Assembly: GCA_963764165.1 (NCBI GenBank)
Contig: CAVXRD010000002.1
Location: 2,976,001 to 3,040,000 of the forward strand
Source: an uncultured Verrucomicrobiae bacterium
GTDB taxonomy: Bacteria; Verrucomicrobiota; Verrucomicrobiia; Limisphaerales; Palsa-1400
Reading direction: 5' to 3'
DNA: 64,000 nt
Translations under genes and position numbers: made by a program
Part shown: piece by piece, positions 28,138 through 37,557 of the stretch
Layout of the letters: each line of letters starts with the position of its first letter
Position numbering within the stretch: position 1 is the stretch's first letter
Notes under the pieces: model-generated
Told to the model about the DNA's origin: nothing
Databases searched by the model: none
The model's input: the letters and a program-made list of their open reading frames with translations, nothing else

Positions 28138-29775
28138 ATGCACACATCTGACGACATGCAGTTGCTGCAGGAATACGCCTCGGGCCGTTCCGAGGAGGCG
28201 TTCGCAGCGCTCGTTTCGCGGCACATCAATCTCGTCTATTCGGCGGCGCTGCGCTCTGTCAATAATCCGAGCCAGGCTGAGGAAATCACGCAATCGGTCT
28301 TTCTGACGCTCGCGCAAAAGGCCCGGATCCTGAATCGCAATACGATTCTGTCCGGCTGGCTTTATCAAACAGCGCGCCTGACAGCCTCCAATTTCATCCG
28401 CGGAGAGAACCGCCGCCTCAAGCGCGAGAACCGAGCCCACCTCGAATCCACCATGAACGACCCCGAACCGGAAGCGTGGCCGCGCGTCGGCCCATTGCTT
28501 GATGAAGCGATGGCCCAATTGCCCGAAAAAGACCGCAACGCCATCGTTCTCCGTTTCTTCGAAGGCAAACCATTGCGCGCGGTCGGCGATGCGCTCGGCT
28601 CCAGCGAAGACGCCGCCAAAATGCGGGTCAATCGCGCGTTGGATAAATTGCGCGATTTCTTTCACAGCCGCGGCATCACGATGTCCGCAACCGCCCTGGC
28701 CACCGCCATTGCGGAAAACTCGATTCACGCCGCTCCGACCGGGCTGGCGGCCACCGTGGCGGCCGGAGCCTTGAAAGGTTCGGCAGCAGCATCACTTTTA
28801 ACCATCATCAAAGGAGCAGTTTCCATGACCACCTCGGCAAAAATCGGAATTACCCTCGGCGCGTGCGTCGCGGCGGCAGTGATCGGTTTGCAATACCATC
28901 ACATCTCCAGTCAAACACAAATTGTCAAAGACCTGCAAACGCAGGTGGCGCAACTCGCGCCGCAAGTGAAGTCCAGCCAGGGAATGGTGGCGGAAGTTGA
29001 GCAACTAAAGGCTCAAAACGCCGCCTACGCTAAAACCATCGACACCATGAAGCATGACGTCGCCAAGGCGCGCGCCCATGCCAGCGAGGCAATCGCCGCA
29101 AAAACGACAGCGGCGGCCAAGCAGCCGGATGCGAAATCGAATGGGATGCAGGACATGTTCAAGGATCCGGCAGTCCTGGCCGCCATCAAGGACAGCCAGC
29201 TCATCATGTTCAAGAAGCAGTATGGCGGATTCGTGAAGTCCATGAACATGACGCCGGACCAGGCAGATCAGTTTTACAACGCTCTTCTTGAACAAGGAAA
29301 CAAGGGAATTGAAATGCTGCAGGGCGGAAAACTAGACCCGGCCGCGATGGCAACCAGCCAGGATGATTTGAAAAATCTGCTCGGCGAAGACGGCATGACC
29401 AAGTTCACTGAATACTCGCAAAACGTCGCCGCCCAAACGATGCTTGATTTATACAAGGGCAACTTTGTCGACAATCCACTCACGCCCACCCAGGAAAAGC
29501 AATTGATGGAGACCATGCAGACCGCGAGCCAATCACAGGCGGCCCCGAACCCAGCCGACATGGCAAAAGCATCGGATGGAGATATTTCTGGCTTGATGGA
29601 ACAGCAAATGCAGCGGCAGCAGCAGCTCAATCAAACCATTCTGGACCAGGCAGCGGCCTATCTCACCCCCGACCAGCTTCAAACTCTGGCCAGCTCGCAG
29701 TCAAACATGCTCTCGATGCAGAAGGCGGGCATGGCCATGGCGCAAAAGATGTTTACGCCAGCCGCTCAAAAGTAG
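28138..29775 (+). CDS. ECF sigma-70 factor with a TM segment and long C-terminal extension
   Basis: AFAALVSRHINLVYSAALR, AEEITQSVF, GWLY and IVLRFFEG...AAKMRVNRALDKLR. Confidence 0.92.
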   Translation: MHTSDDMQLLQEYASGRSEEAFAALVSRHINLVYSAALRSVNNPSQAEEITQSVFLTLAQKARILNRNTILSGWLYQTARLTASNFIRGENRRLKRENRAHLESTMNDPEPEAWPRVGPLLDEAMAQLPEKDRNAIVLRFFEGKPLRAVGDALGSSEDAAKMRVNRALDKLRDFFHSRGITMSATALATAIAENSIHAAPTGLAATVAAGALKGSAAASLLTIIKGAVSMTTSAKIGITLGACVAAAVIGLQYHHISSQTQIVKDLQTQVAQLAPQVKSSQGMVAEVEQLKAQNAAYAKTIDTMKHDVAKARAHASEAIAAKTTAAAKQPDAKSNGMQDMFKDPAVLAAIKDSQLIMFKKQYGGFVKSMNMTPDQADQFYNALLEQGNKGIEMLQGGKLDPAAMATSQDDLKNLLGEDGMTKFTEYSQNVAAQTMLDLYKGNFVDNPLTPTQEKQLMETMQTASQSQAAPNPADMAKASDGDISGLMEQQMQRQQQLNQTILDQAAAYLTPDQLQTLASSQSNMLSMQKAGMAMAQKMFTPAAQK

Positions 29776-29781
29776 CGCCAA

Positions 29782-30693
29782 CTACAGCTTCGCCCAGCCC
29801 CGGTTTTCATGCCCGAAGCTGAACATCCGCGGCTGAATGATTTCCGCCAGAATCTCAATCGACTCCACCACGCGCGGCCCGGGGCGATTGAAGTAGGCGT
29901 TGCCGTCCGTCGCAAAAACTTTCTTCGACTTGACGGCGCGCAGCTTCGACCACTCGGGGCGGTTCGTCATGGCGAAGGCTTCGCGGCGCGTGCGTTCCAG
30001 GTCAAATCCGCACGGCATGAGGACGATGATTTCTGGATCTGCTTTCACCAGCGCCTCCCATTGCATCCACGCGGAATGTTTGCCGGAAATTCCGAACACA
30101 TCTTTTCCGCCTGCCAGCTCGATCATTTCAGGAACCCAATTTCCCGCGGCCATCAGCGGATCCATCCATTCAATGCAGGCAACGGTCGGGCGTTTGGTGA
30201 GCATGCATGTCTTTTGAATGATATCGACCACCCGATTTTTGAGGCGCGACAGCATGGCGCGTCCTTCATCGGTCACATTGAGCGCATCGGCCACCGTTTG
30301 CATGGAAGTCCAAACATCCGCCAGGCGAAGCGGCGACAAGGAGACAATTTTTGTCCGGCCTGAAAGTGCCGAAGGAAGCGCCTTTTCCAAATCCGCCAGG
30401 CTCACCGCGCACACGTCGCATTGCGCTTGAGTGAGAATGATGTCCGGCCGCAATTCGCGGAGCACATCCGTTTTTATCTCGTAAAGGGAAAGCGCTTTTT
30501 CGAGAAGGGATTTGATCTGCCCATCAATAGCGGAACTCGATGCCGAAGCATCAACTTTGGCTGAAGTGCAAATGGGGAGGCTCTGGATTTCTGGTGGGAA
30601 ATCGCACTCGTGCGAGCGGCCCACCAGCTCATTCGCGCAGCCCAGCGCGCAAACGATTTCAGTGCAACTTGGCAGCAGCGATATGATCCTCAT
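29782..30693 (-). CDS. cobalamin-binding-like ABC substrate-binding protein (BtuF-like)
   Basis: RIISLLPSCTEIV, VGRSHECDFP, PDIILTQ and YFNRPGPR. Confidence 0.88.
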   Translation of the reverse strand: MRIISLLPSCTEIVCALGCANELVGRSHECDFPPEIQSLPICTSAKVDASASSSAIDGQIKSLLEKALSLYEIKTDVLRELRPDIILTQAQCDVCAVSLADLEKALPSALSGRTKIVSLSPLRLADVWTSMQTVADALNVTDEGRAMLSRLKNRVVDIIQKTCMLTKRPTVACIEWMDPLMAAGNWVPEMIELAGGKDVFGISGKHSAWMQWEALVKADPEIIVLMPCGFDLERTRREAFAMTNRPEWSKLRAVKSKKVFATDGNAYFNRPGPRVVESIEILAEIIQPRMFSFGHENRGWAKL

Positions 30694-30777
30694 CCGTTTT
30701 AATTCTTGAGCTTGCTAAATGTATACAACTGCCTAGCAAGCGCCAGCCACAAGACCGCAAAACTTTTTTTGAGGCCC

Positions 30778-30902
30778 CGGCTCGGCAGGAGCCTCGCCCC
30801 ACCACGCGCACGGTAGGGCGAGGCTCCTGCCGAGCCGTCCCATAATTCCCATGATTCACATAAGTCCCATTCTAATGTGAGGAATGGGAATAATGGGATT
30901 AA
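30778..30902. repeat. REP pair (family B) plus a cccataa/atggga repeat pair
   Basis: cggctcggcaggagcctcgccccacc...ggtagggcgaggctcctgccgagccg. Confidence 0.85.
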
Positions 30903-30928
30903 TGGAAAGCTCGCGCGAGTTAAGAAAA

Positions 30929-32314
30929 TTACGCCGCCGGGAGCGAAATCGAGAATTCAGCCCCCTCGCCCGCCTTGCTCTTAACCGTGGCCGTTCCGCC
31001 ATGCGCTTCCACCACGGCTTTTACCACGCTCAGGCCAAGGCCCAACCCGCGTTGCGAGCGGCTCTTGTCGCCGCGATAGAGGCGATCCCAGATGCGCGCT
31101 TGTTCCTCTGGAGGAATGCCCATTCCCGAGTCGCGAAAAACGACCACAATGAGAGTTGCTTCGCGCCGCGCCAGGATTGAAACTTTCCCGCCGTCCGCCG
31201 TGTATTTTAAGGCGTTGTCGAGCAGGTTGCCGAAGGCCTGGCGCATTCGCGTTGGGTCAACGGACGCCTGGCACTCCACAGGAAGATCCAGCGAAACGGT
31301 GATTTTCTTCTCTTCCGCAACATACTCGTAAAGCTCCACGATCTCGCGGAGAAGCTGGCACAAATCCACCGGCTGGCGCTCCAGTTTCATCGTGCCGGCC
31401 TCGGCTTCGGCAATATCCATCAGCGTTTTGATCATGCCGATCACGCGGTCGGATTCTTCCATGCAATCGGCCAGCGCCTCGCGCATGGCGATCGGGTCCG
31501 CGCGTTCGCGCAATGCCAGCTCGGCCGAGCCGCGCAGGCGCGTCAGCGGCGTTCGCAGGTCGTGGGCGACGTTGTCCATCGATTCGCGCATGGCGCGGAT
31601 GAGGGCCTGATTCTTGTCAAGCATCGCATTGAACAATTGCACCATCTCCGCCAATTCGTCCTGCGACGGACGCGACGGCACGCGCGTGTTCAAATCTCCC
31701 GTTGCGATGATGCCTCGCGCGGTGGCCACAATCTGCCGCACCGGCAGCAGCGCGCGATAAGCGAAGAACCACCCAAAGACGATGCCGATAAGAGCAATCA
31801 GCGCCACCATGGGGAGCGCCGTTTCCCGCGCCGGCTGCCAAAGCAAATCGCGATTGTTGGTGCTGCGGCCGACCACGAGCGTCGAGCCGTTCGGCGCATC
31901 GGCGTGCATGAAGCTGTAATCGCGCTCCGCATTTTTTGGGATGCGGGTCAGCTCGAACTCGTGCGTCTGCAACTGGCCCGGAATGATCCTGAAGTGGGTC
32001 CAATCCTCCGGGATGAAGACCGGCTCGGAATAGGTTTTGGCCACGAGCGCCACGTAGAATGAGCGTTCGTCAGAGGGATTGTTCTCGTGCGCTGCGACCT
32101 CCTGCAACGCCCGGAATCCCCCCCCTATGTAAACCGCCATGTACTCTTTGAACTTGCTGTTGATAATCTCCTGGTCCTTGCGGTAAAGCGCGGAAGCCAC
32201 CAGGTAATAAACAAGCAGCAGCAGCACCGCCGCGCTGACGGCGAACACGAGCGCGTACCACACGCTCAAGCGGAAGGCTAAACTGCGAAAAATTCTACGC
32301 GGCTCTAAGGACAT
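30929..32314 (-). CDS. sensor histidine kinase (two TM, HAMP, HisKA, HATPase)
   Basis: [23 protein letters not shown] and GLGLGL. Confidence 0.95.
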   Translation of the reverse strand: MSLEPRRIFRSLAFRLSVWYALVFAVSAAVLLLLVYYLVASALYRKDQEIINSKFKEYMAVYIGGGFRALQEVAAHENNPSDERSFYVALVAKTYSEPVFIPEDWTHFRIIPGQLQTHEFELTRIPKNAERDYSFMHADAPNGSTLVVGRSTNNRDLLWQPARETALPMVALIALIGIVFGWFFAYRALLPVRQIVATARGIIATGDLNTRVPSRPSQDELAEMVQLFNAMLDKNQALIRAMRESMDNVAHDLRTPLTRLRGSAELALRERADPIAMREALADCMEESDRVIGMIKTLMDIAEAEAGTMKLERQPVDLCQLLREIVELYEYVAEEKKITVSLDLPVECQASVDPTRMRQAFGNLLDNALKYTADGGKVSILARREATLIVVVFRDSGMGIPPEEQARIWDRLYRGDKSRSQRGLGLGLSVVKAVVEAHGGTATVKSKAGEGAEFSISLPAA

Positions 32315-32963
32315 AGCCTACTCCGCGAATCGTCTGCAGCCGGGTTTTGTCGGGATCAATCTTGGCCCGCAACCGATGCACCAGGACGTCAATAACATTT
32401 GTCTGCGGATCAAAGCTGTAATCGAAGATGTGCTCGAGAATCATCGTCTTCGTCACCGTCCGCCCGGCGTGGCGCATCAGGTATTCGAGCAATGCGAATT
32501 CGCGCGTCTGCAATTCCACGCTCTCGCCGCCGCGAGTCACACTGCGGGTCAGCAAATCCATCGCCAGGTCGCCAACCGTCAGGCGCGTCGGCTCTGCGGT
32601 CTGCGTGGCGCGGCGAATCAGGGCGTGCAATCGCGCAATCAATTCCGAAAAGGCGAAGGGCTTGACGAGATAATCATCGCCGCCAGCTTGAAGCCCTTTG
32701 ATGCGATCATCCACCGAACCCCTGGCGCTGAGAATAATGACAGGCGTGCGGATTTTCTGGCTGCGCAACCGCTGGATGAAGCTCAACCCGTCCAATTTCG
32801 GCAGCATCACATCGACCACCGCCGCGTCGTAAGGGGTCGTTTCGGCGAAGACGAGCGCATCCTCGCCATTGCCGCAATGATCGACCGAGTATCCCGCCTG
32901 CTTCAATCCCTTGGAAATGAAGCTGGCAATTTTGCCGTCGTCTTCGACCACTAAGATACGCAT
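32295..32963 (-). CDS. OmpR-family response regulator
   Basis: [22 protein letters not shown] and TIRGVGY. Confidence 0.95.
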   Translation of the reverse strand: MRILVVEDDGKIASFISKGLKQAGYSVDHCGNGEDALVFAETTPYDAAVVDVMLPKLDGLSFIQRLRSQKIRTPVIILSARGSVDDRIKGLQAGGDDYLVKPFAFSELIARLHALIRRATQTAEPTRLTVGDLAMDLLTRSVTRGGESVELQTREFALLEYLMRHAGRTVTKTMILEHIFDYSFDPQTNVIDVLVHRLRAKIDPDKTRLQTIRGVGYVLRAA

Positions 32964-33149
32964 TTCACCATCACCATACTCAATCCACCCGCGTTTTCCA
33001 AAACCGAAACCGAGGCAGGGTGACTTAGGGCCCGTTGCCAAAAGGGCCGCGCTCAAACTGATTTGCGGGAAGGGACGGAAGAACTCTTGCGCACCGGCTG
33101 GCTTCGGCTACATTGACCAAACCATTAGCTATTACGAATCGCAATCTAT

Positions 33150-33758
33150 ATGAAATATTTGAGAAATTATCTGTCGCCTTTTATGGCCATGGCGCTGGCG
33201 CTGGCGTTTGCCGGCAGCGCAAGTTTTGCCGACGACAAAACCGCCGCCAAAGCGGACGATCCGGAAGTGGCCGTCATCGACACGACCGAAGGCACCATGG
33301 TGATCCAGTTCTGGACGGATGCGGCTCCCAAGACGATTGCCAACTTCAAGAAACTCGCAAAATCCGGCTTTTATGATGGCCAGTGTTTTCATCGCATCAT
33401 CAAGGGCTTTATGATTCAAGGCGGCGATCCCAACACAAAGGACGCCAGCAAAGAGGCAGCATGGGGAACCGGCGGCCCGGGTTACACCATCGAGGACGAA
33501 TTCAACGACCACTCCCATGTGCGCGGTGTGATTTCGATGGCGAATACCGGAAGGCCGAATTCCAGCGGTTGCCAGTTTTTCATTTGCACCGGCAGCCCGA
33601 CTCAGCTTGATCACCATTACACGACCTTTGGCAAATTGATCAAAGGCGACGATGTCCTCGAGAAAATCGGCACCACGCCAACCCATCCGCAAGATCGCCC
33701 CAACAAGCGCATGGAGATCAAGACCATCAAGATTGTGCCGCTAAGCACCGTGAAGTAA
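33150..33758 (+). CDS. cyclophilin-type peptidyl-prolyl isomerase, secreted
   Basis: Signal peptide; FHRIIKGFMIQGGDP, SMAN and QFFI. Confidence 0.95.
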   Translation: MKYLRNYLSPFMAMALALAFAGSASFADDKTAAKADDPEVAVIDTTEGTMVIQFWTDAAPKTIANFKKLAKSGFYDGQCFHRIIKGFMIQGGDPNTKDASKEAAWGTGGPGYTIEDEFNDHSHVRGVISMANTGRPNSSGCQFFICTGSPTQLDHHYTTFGKLIKGDDVLEKIGTTPTHPQDRPNKRMEIKTIKIVPLSTVK

Positions 33759-33779
33759 TCCCGGAGGAGCATATATAAT

Positions 33780-34277
33780 ATGGCAGATAACGAAATTGCA
33801 GTGATCAAAACGACCGAGGGCGAAATGGTGGTCGAGTTTTGGCCGGATGTGGCTCCCAAGACGGTCGAGAACTTCAAAACCCTTGCCAGAAAAGGGTTTT
33901 ACGACGGCACATGCTTCCATCGCGTGATTCGCGGCTTCATGATTCAGGGCGGCGATCCGAACACGAAGGATCCGGCCAAGGAATCAAGCTGGGGCACCGG
34001 CGGTCCAGGCCACAATGTGAAAGCGGAATTCAATAAGCGCCCGCACGTTCGCGGCGTCCTCTCGATGGCCCGATCGAACGATCCGGATTCGGCTGGCAGC
34101 CAGTTTTTCATCTGCCACGGCAGGGCGGATTTTCTCGATGGCAAGTACACAGCGTTTGGCAAATTAATCAAGGGCGATGAAGTTCTTGAGAAAATCGCCA
34201 CCACCAAGACGCATCCGCCCGATCGTCCTGACAAGCGGATGGGCGTTGAAAGCATCAGCATTCAACCAGCGGCATAA
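33780..34277 (+). CDS. cyclophilin-type peptidyl-prolyl isomerase, cytoplasmic
   Basis: FHRVIRGFMIQGGDP and SMAR...SAGSQFFI. Confidence 0.95.
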   Translation: MADNEIAVIKTTEGEMVVEFWPDVAPKTVENFKTLARKGFYDGTCFHRVIRGFMIQGGDPNTKDPAKESSWGTGGPGHNVKAEFNKRPHVRGVLSMARSNDPDSAGSQFFICHGRADFLDGKYTAFGKLIKGDEVLEKIATTKTHPPDRPDKRMGVESISIQPAA

Positions 34278-34291
34278 CGGCCGGGCTGCCG

Positions 34292-34870
34292 ATGATTCAG
34301 CCCTGGCGCCAGATTTCCTCCCGAGCGCGCGAAAGCTACAAGGTTTTTTCCGTTCGGGAGGAGCGCCGCCTTTCGCCCCGAACCGGGCGCGAGCACGATT
34401 TTTTCATCATCGACGCCGCCAATTGGGTCAACGTCGTCGCCCTCACTCCGGCCTGCGAAATCATTCTCATCGAGCAGTATCGGCACGGGTCGAATACGGT
34501 TGAATTGGAGATTCCCGGCGGCGTCATGGATCCTTCCGATCCCACCCCGGAACTCGCTGGCGTCCGCGAATTGCTGGAGGAAACCGGCTATCAGGGAAGC
34601 GAGCCGATCCGCGTCGGAGACGTCTTGCCCAATCCTGCGATCATGAGCAATCATTGCTACACGGTGCTTGTGCAAAATTGCCGCCAGGTGGAGTCTGTCA
34701 AATGGGATGACGGCGAGGATATGGCGACCAAACTGGTGCCATTGGCGGAGCTGCAGGAAATCGTGGCGGCGGGAAAAATCCGGCACTCGCTGGTTGTGGC
34801 GGCGCTATATCAATTTGATTTGTGGTGGAAAAAGTTCGGGCAAAATTCGGCGGAAGGCAAATCAGGCTAG
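34292..34870 (+). CDS. NUDIX hydrolase (ADP-ribose pyrophosphatase-like)
   Basis: QYRH and EIPGG...RELLEETGY Nudix box. Confidence 0.92.
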   Translation: MIQPWRQISSRARESYKVFSVREERRLSPRTGREHDFFIIDAANWVNVVALTPACEIILIEQYRHGSNTVELEIPGGVMDPSDPTPELAGVRELLEETGYQGSEPIRVGDVLPNPAIMSNHCYTVLVQNCRQVESVKWDDGEDMATKLVPLAELQEIVAAGKIRHSLVVAALYQFDLWWKKFGQNSAEGKSG

Positions 34871-34992
34871 CTAATTCGCTGGAGTTTTTCGCGATTCCCG
34901 CTGAATCGCGTGTGGGCCTGCTTTACCTCTGAAAAATCATTATTGTAAAAAAAATTGTTGCAATTTTTTTTCCACAAGTTCAAAAAAGTTGC

Positions 34993-35271
34993 ATGGCGAA
35001 GACTACTAAACCCACGAAGAGAAAACCCAGCGCGGCATTCATGAAACCGGTGACGCCGGACGAGGCGCTGGCCAAAGTGGTTGGCGGTACCCCGCTCCCA
35101 CGCACCGAGTTGACAAAAAAGATTTGGGCCTACATTCGCAAGAACGGTTTGCAGGACAAGACGAAGAAGACCCTGATCAATGCCGACGACAACTTGAAGG
35201 TTGTTTTCAACGGCAAGAAGCAAGTCAGCATGTTCGAGATGACCAAACTGGTCTCCGGACATTTGAAATAG
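34993..35271 (+). CDS. SWIB/MDM2 domain protein
   Basis: LAKVVG..PLPRTELTKKIWAYIRKNGLQD...INADD.LK.VF...SMFEMTK. Confidence 0.92.
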   Translation: MAKTTKPTKRKPSAAFMKPVTPDEALAKVVGGTPLPRTELTKKIWAYIRKNGLQDKTKKTLINADDNLKVVFNGKKQVSMFEMTKLVSGHLK

Positions 35272-35407
35272 AGCAGCAGTTCGCTCTCGCCCGCGTGATT
35301 GGGCCGGTCTGTGGAAACGGATCGGCTGCGATTCTTTTGCTCTCTGCCTCGGAAATCTTTAAGGTTTTACCCGAGGCAGTTTTTTCCCGGCTCGTTTCGC
35401 CTATGCC

Positions 35408-35450
35408 AAAAAAAAGCGGAGCCAAGATGTTGAGCTCATCCGGGCTCCGC
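35408..35450 (-). terminator. intrinsic terminator on the minus strand
   Basis: gcggagcc/ggctccgc stem followed by eight T on the minus strand. Confidence 0.75.
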
Positions 35451-35484
35451 CCAAACCGCACACGCGGATTGGTGAGACACGCAC
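35408..35484 (-). ncRNA. candidate small RNA (about 77 nt)
   Basis: Lies between a sigma54-like promoter and an intrinsic terminator, with no credible ORF. Confidence 0.45.
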
Positions 35485-35494
35485 TTTAGAAATT

Positions 35495-35511
35495 AGCATC
35501 AAACATGCCAG
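35495..35511 (-). promoter_or_regulatory. sigma54 (-24/-12) promoter-like site
   Basis: Minus strand cTGGCATGtttgATGCT, exact GG-N10-GC spacing. Confidence 0.55.
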
Positions 35512-35699
35512 CATCAGTTTTGATATTTCCTGCCGTCGCCGTGGGAGAATTTCCTCACTAAAAATCTTTCGTTCTCAAGGCTGAGAAAAGCGCTATACGA
35601 GAAACGTTTAAACAGTGTTAATTTCACACATTTGCGAAGGGTGCCATCTTGTGCGCAATCTTGGTTGCAAGGTCGGTGCGTTTTGCTAGCTTCAAACCC

Positions 35700-36840
35700 A
35701 TGAAACCCAAGCAAGTCGTTCACGGCCAACCGTCCTGGCAAGTGGCTTCCGACCAGGTAGAAGCTTACGTCACAGAACTCGGCGGCCACGTTGGGCCGAT
35801 TACATTTGACCGATCAGGCCGGAAAATCAGCCCCTATTCGGTCGCCCCATGGGCGGAGGAGAAGCATGCACCGCCGCTGCCCGCCGCGCTCCAAGTATTG
35901 CGCGGCGATTTTTTCTGCATGCCTTTTGGCGGAAATGAGAAACCGTATCGTGGTGAGCTTCACCCAGCCCATGGCGAAACTGCGAATGAGCGCTGGCATT
36001 TTGAGTCGCTGGAAACGGCGGAGGGGAAATCCTGCCTTCGTCTTAGCCTGAAGATGAAAATTCGAACCGGCAAAGTTGATAAATTAATAATGGTCGTTGA
36101 TGGCGAGAACACCCTATATAGCCGGCATATTGTCTCCGGCATGCGCGGGCCTATGAATCTCGGGCATCACGCGATGCTCAAATTTCCGGAAGCCGAAGGA
36201 AGCGGCCATGTCTCAATCAGCCGGTTCATCCATGGCCAAGTCTTGCCGGTGCCTTTTGAATCGCCGGAAAAGGGTGGCTATTCGGCGTTGAAAACAGGGG
36301 CCGAATTCACCTCGCTGGATTCAGTTCCCATGGCCAACGGCGAAACGGCGGACGCCAGCCGTTATCCGGCCCGCCGCGGATTTCGAAGACTTGATTATGA
36401 TGGTCTCGGACGATTCGCTGCCGTTTGCCTGGACCACTGTGACATTTCCGAAGGAGCGATTCGTTTGGTTTGCCTTGAAGGATCCGCGTGTTCTGCGCGA
36501 GACGGTATTTTGGATTACCAACCGCGGCCGGCATTATCCCCCGTGGAACAGCCGGCACATCGGTGTTCTTGGAATGGAGGAAGTGACTTCATATTTCCAC
36601 ATGGGATTAGCCGCCTCCGCCGCAAAAAATCACCTTTCCGAGAAGGGCATTCCCACCTGCATCCAGCTCAATCCAAAAAAGCCGCTGGTCGTCAATTATA
36701 TTGCCGGCGTGGCCCCGATTCCCGCCGGGTTCGACCGGGTGCAATCCGTGGAGGCGCAGGATGGGAACAAGTCAATTGCCCTGATTTCCGCGAGCGGGAA
36801 AAAAGCAGTGGCCAGGGTGGATTTGGGTTTTCTTTCATAG
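35700..36840 (+). pseudogene. conserved hypothetical (possibly aldose-epimerase-like fold), +1 frameshift near 36381-36384; may be a sequencing error
   Basis: LRGDFFCMPFGGN...HGETAN...YPARRGF in one frame continues as EDLIMMVSD... in the next frame. Confidence 0.65.
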
Positions 36841-37007
36841 TTGAGTCCAAATTGAGAATGGGCGGAAGAGTTCCGCTGATAATGAATTTTCGCTGAGTAT
36901 GTCGATCATGGCTTGCTTAATGAAGCATCTCGTCTCCCGCCCCCTGTTGGATCAGCCGGGAATTCATTCTCGACATTCTCCCGGCGTGTTAACATATTCG
37001 GCTTGTC

Positions 37008-37376
37008 ATGCAACATTCACCCCGCTTTTTGAAAGTCGTCGAGGAAGTCCGACCCAAGATACGTGAAGTTTCAGCCGAAGAAGCAAGAGCACGGCTGGCG
37101 GCCAATCCCCAGGCTGTTTTAATTGACGTTCGCGAGGAAAGCGAATGGGCCGCAGGCCACGCAGCGCAAGCGATTCATCTTGGGCGCGGGGTGATGGAGC
37201 GTGACATTGAGAAAACCATTCCCGACACAGGCACGGAATGCATTCTGTACTGCGGCGGCGGTTTTCGCTCGGCATTGGCGGCGGATATGGCGCAGCGGAT
37301 GGGTTACACCAACGTGTTTTCACTCGCCGGCGGTTATCGCGCGCTGACTGCGGCGGATTGGCCTATGGCAAAGTAA
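37008..37376 (+). CDS. rhodanese-like domain protein
   Basis: LIDVREESEW..GH, LYCGGGFRS and SLAGG. Confidence 0.92.
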   Translation: MQHSPRFLKVVEEVRPKIREVSAEEARARLAANPQAVLIDVREESEWAAGHAAQAIHLGRGVMERDIEKTIPDTGTECILYCGGGFRSALAADMAQRMGYTNVFSLAGGYRALTAADWPMAK

Positions 37377-37557
37377 ATCACGCGCGGCAAAATATTCTGT
37401 AACTTTTTGCCGTCCATCCGTGTATTCTTCTGTGGCGAGAAGGCGAAACTGGAGCGTTTCCGGACGGCGGACTGTCTGCTGTCCGGCTGCCGCCTTTCTG
37501 AATGGCGAATTTTTGCAGAAACGTTTCGCCCCCGAAACTGTCTAAACCGGTCTAAAG

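Noticed and set aside
30694..30780. Cobalamin riboswitch upstream of the BtuF-like gene
   Set aside because: Only a short hairpin and REP repeats; no B12-box or room for the aptamer
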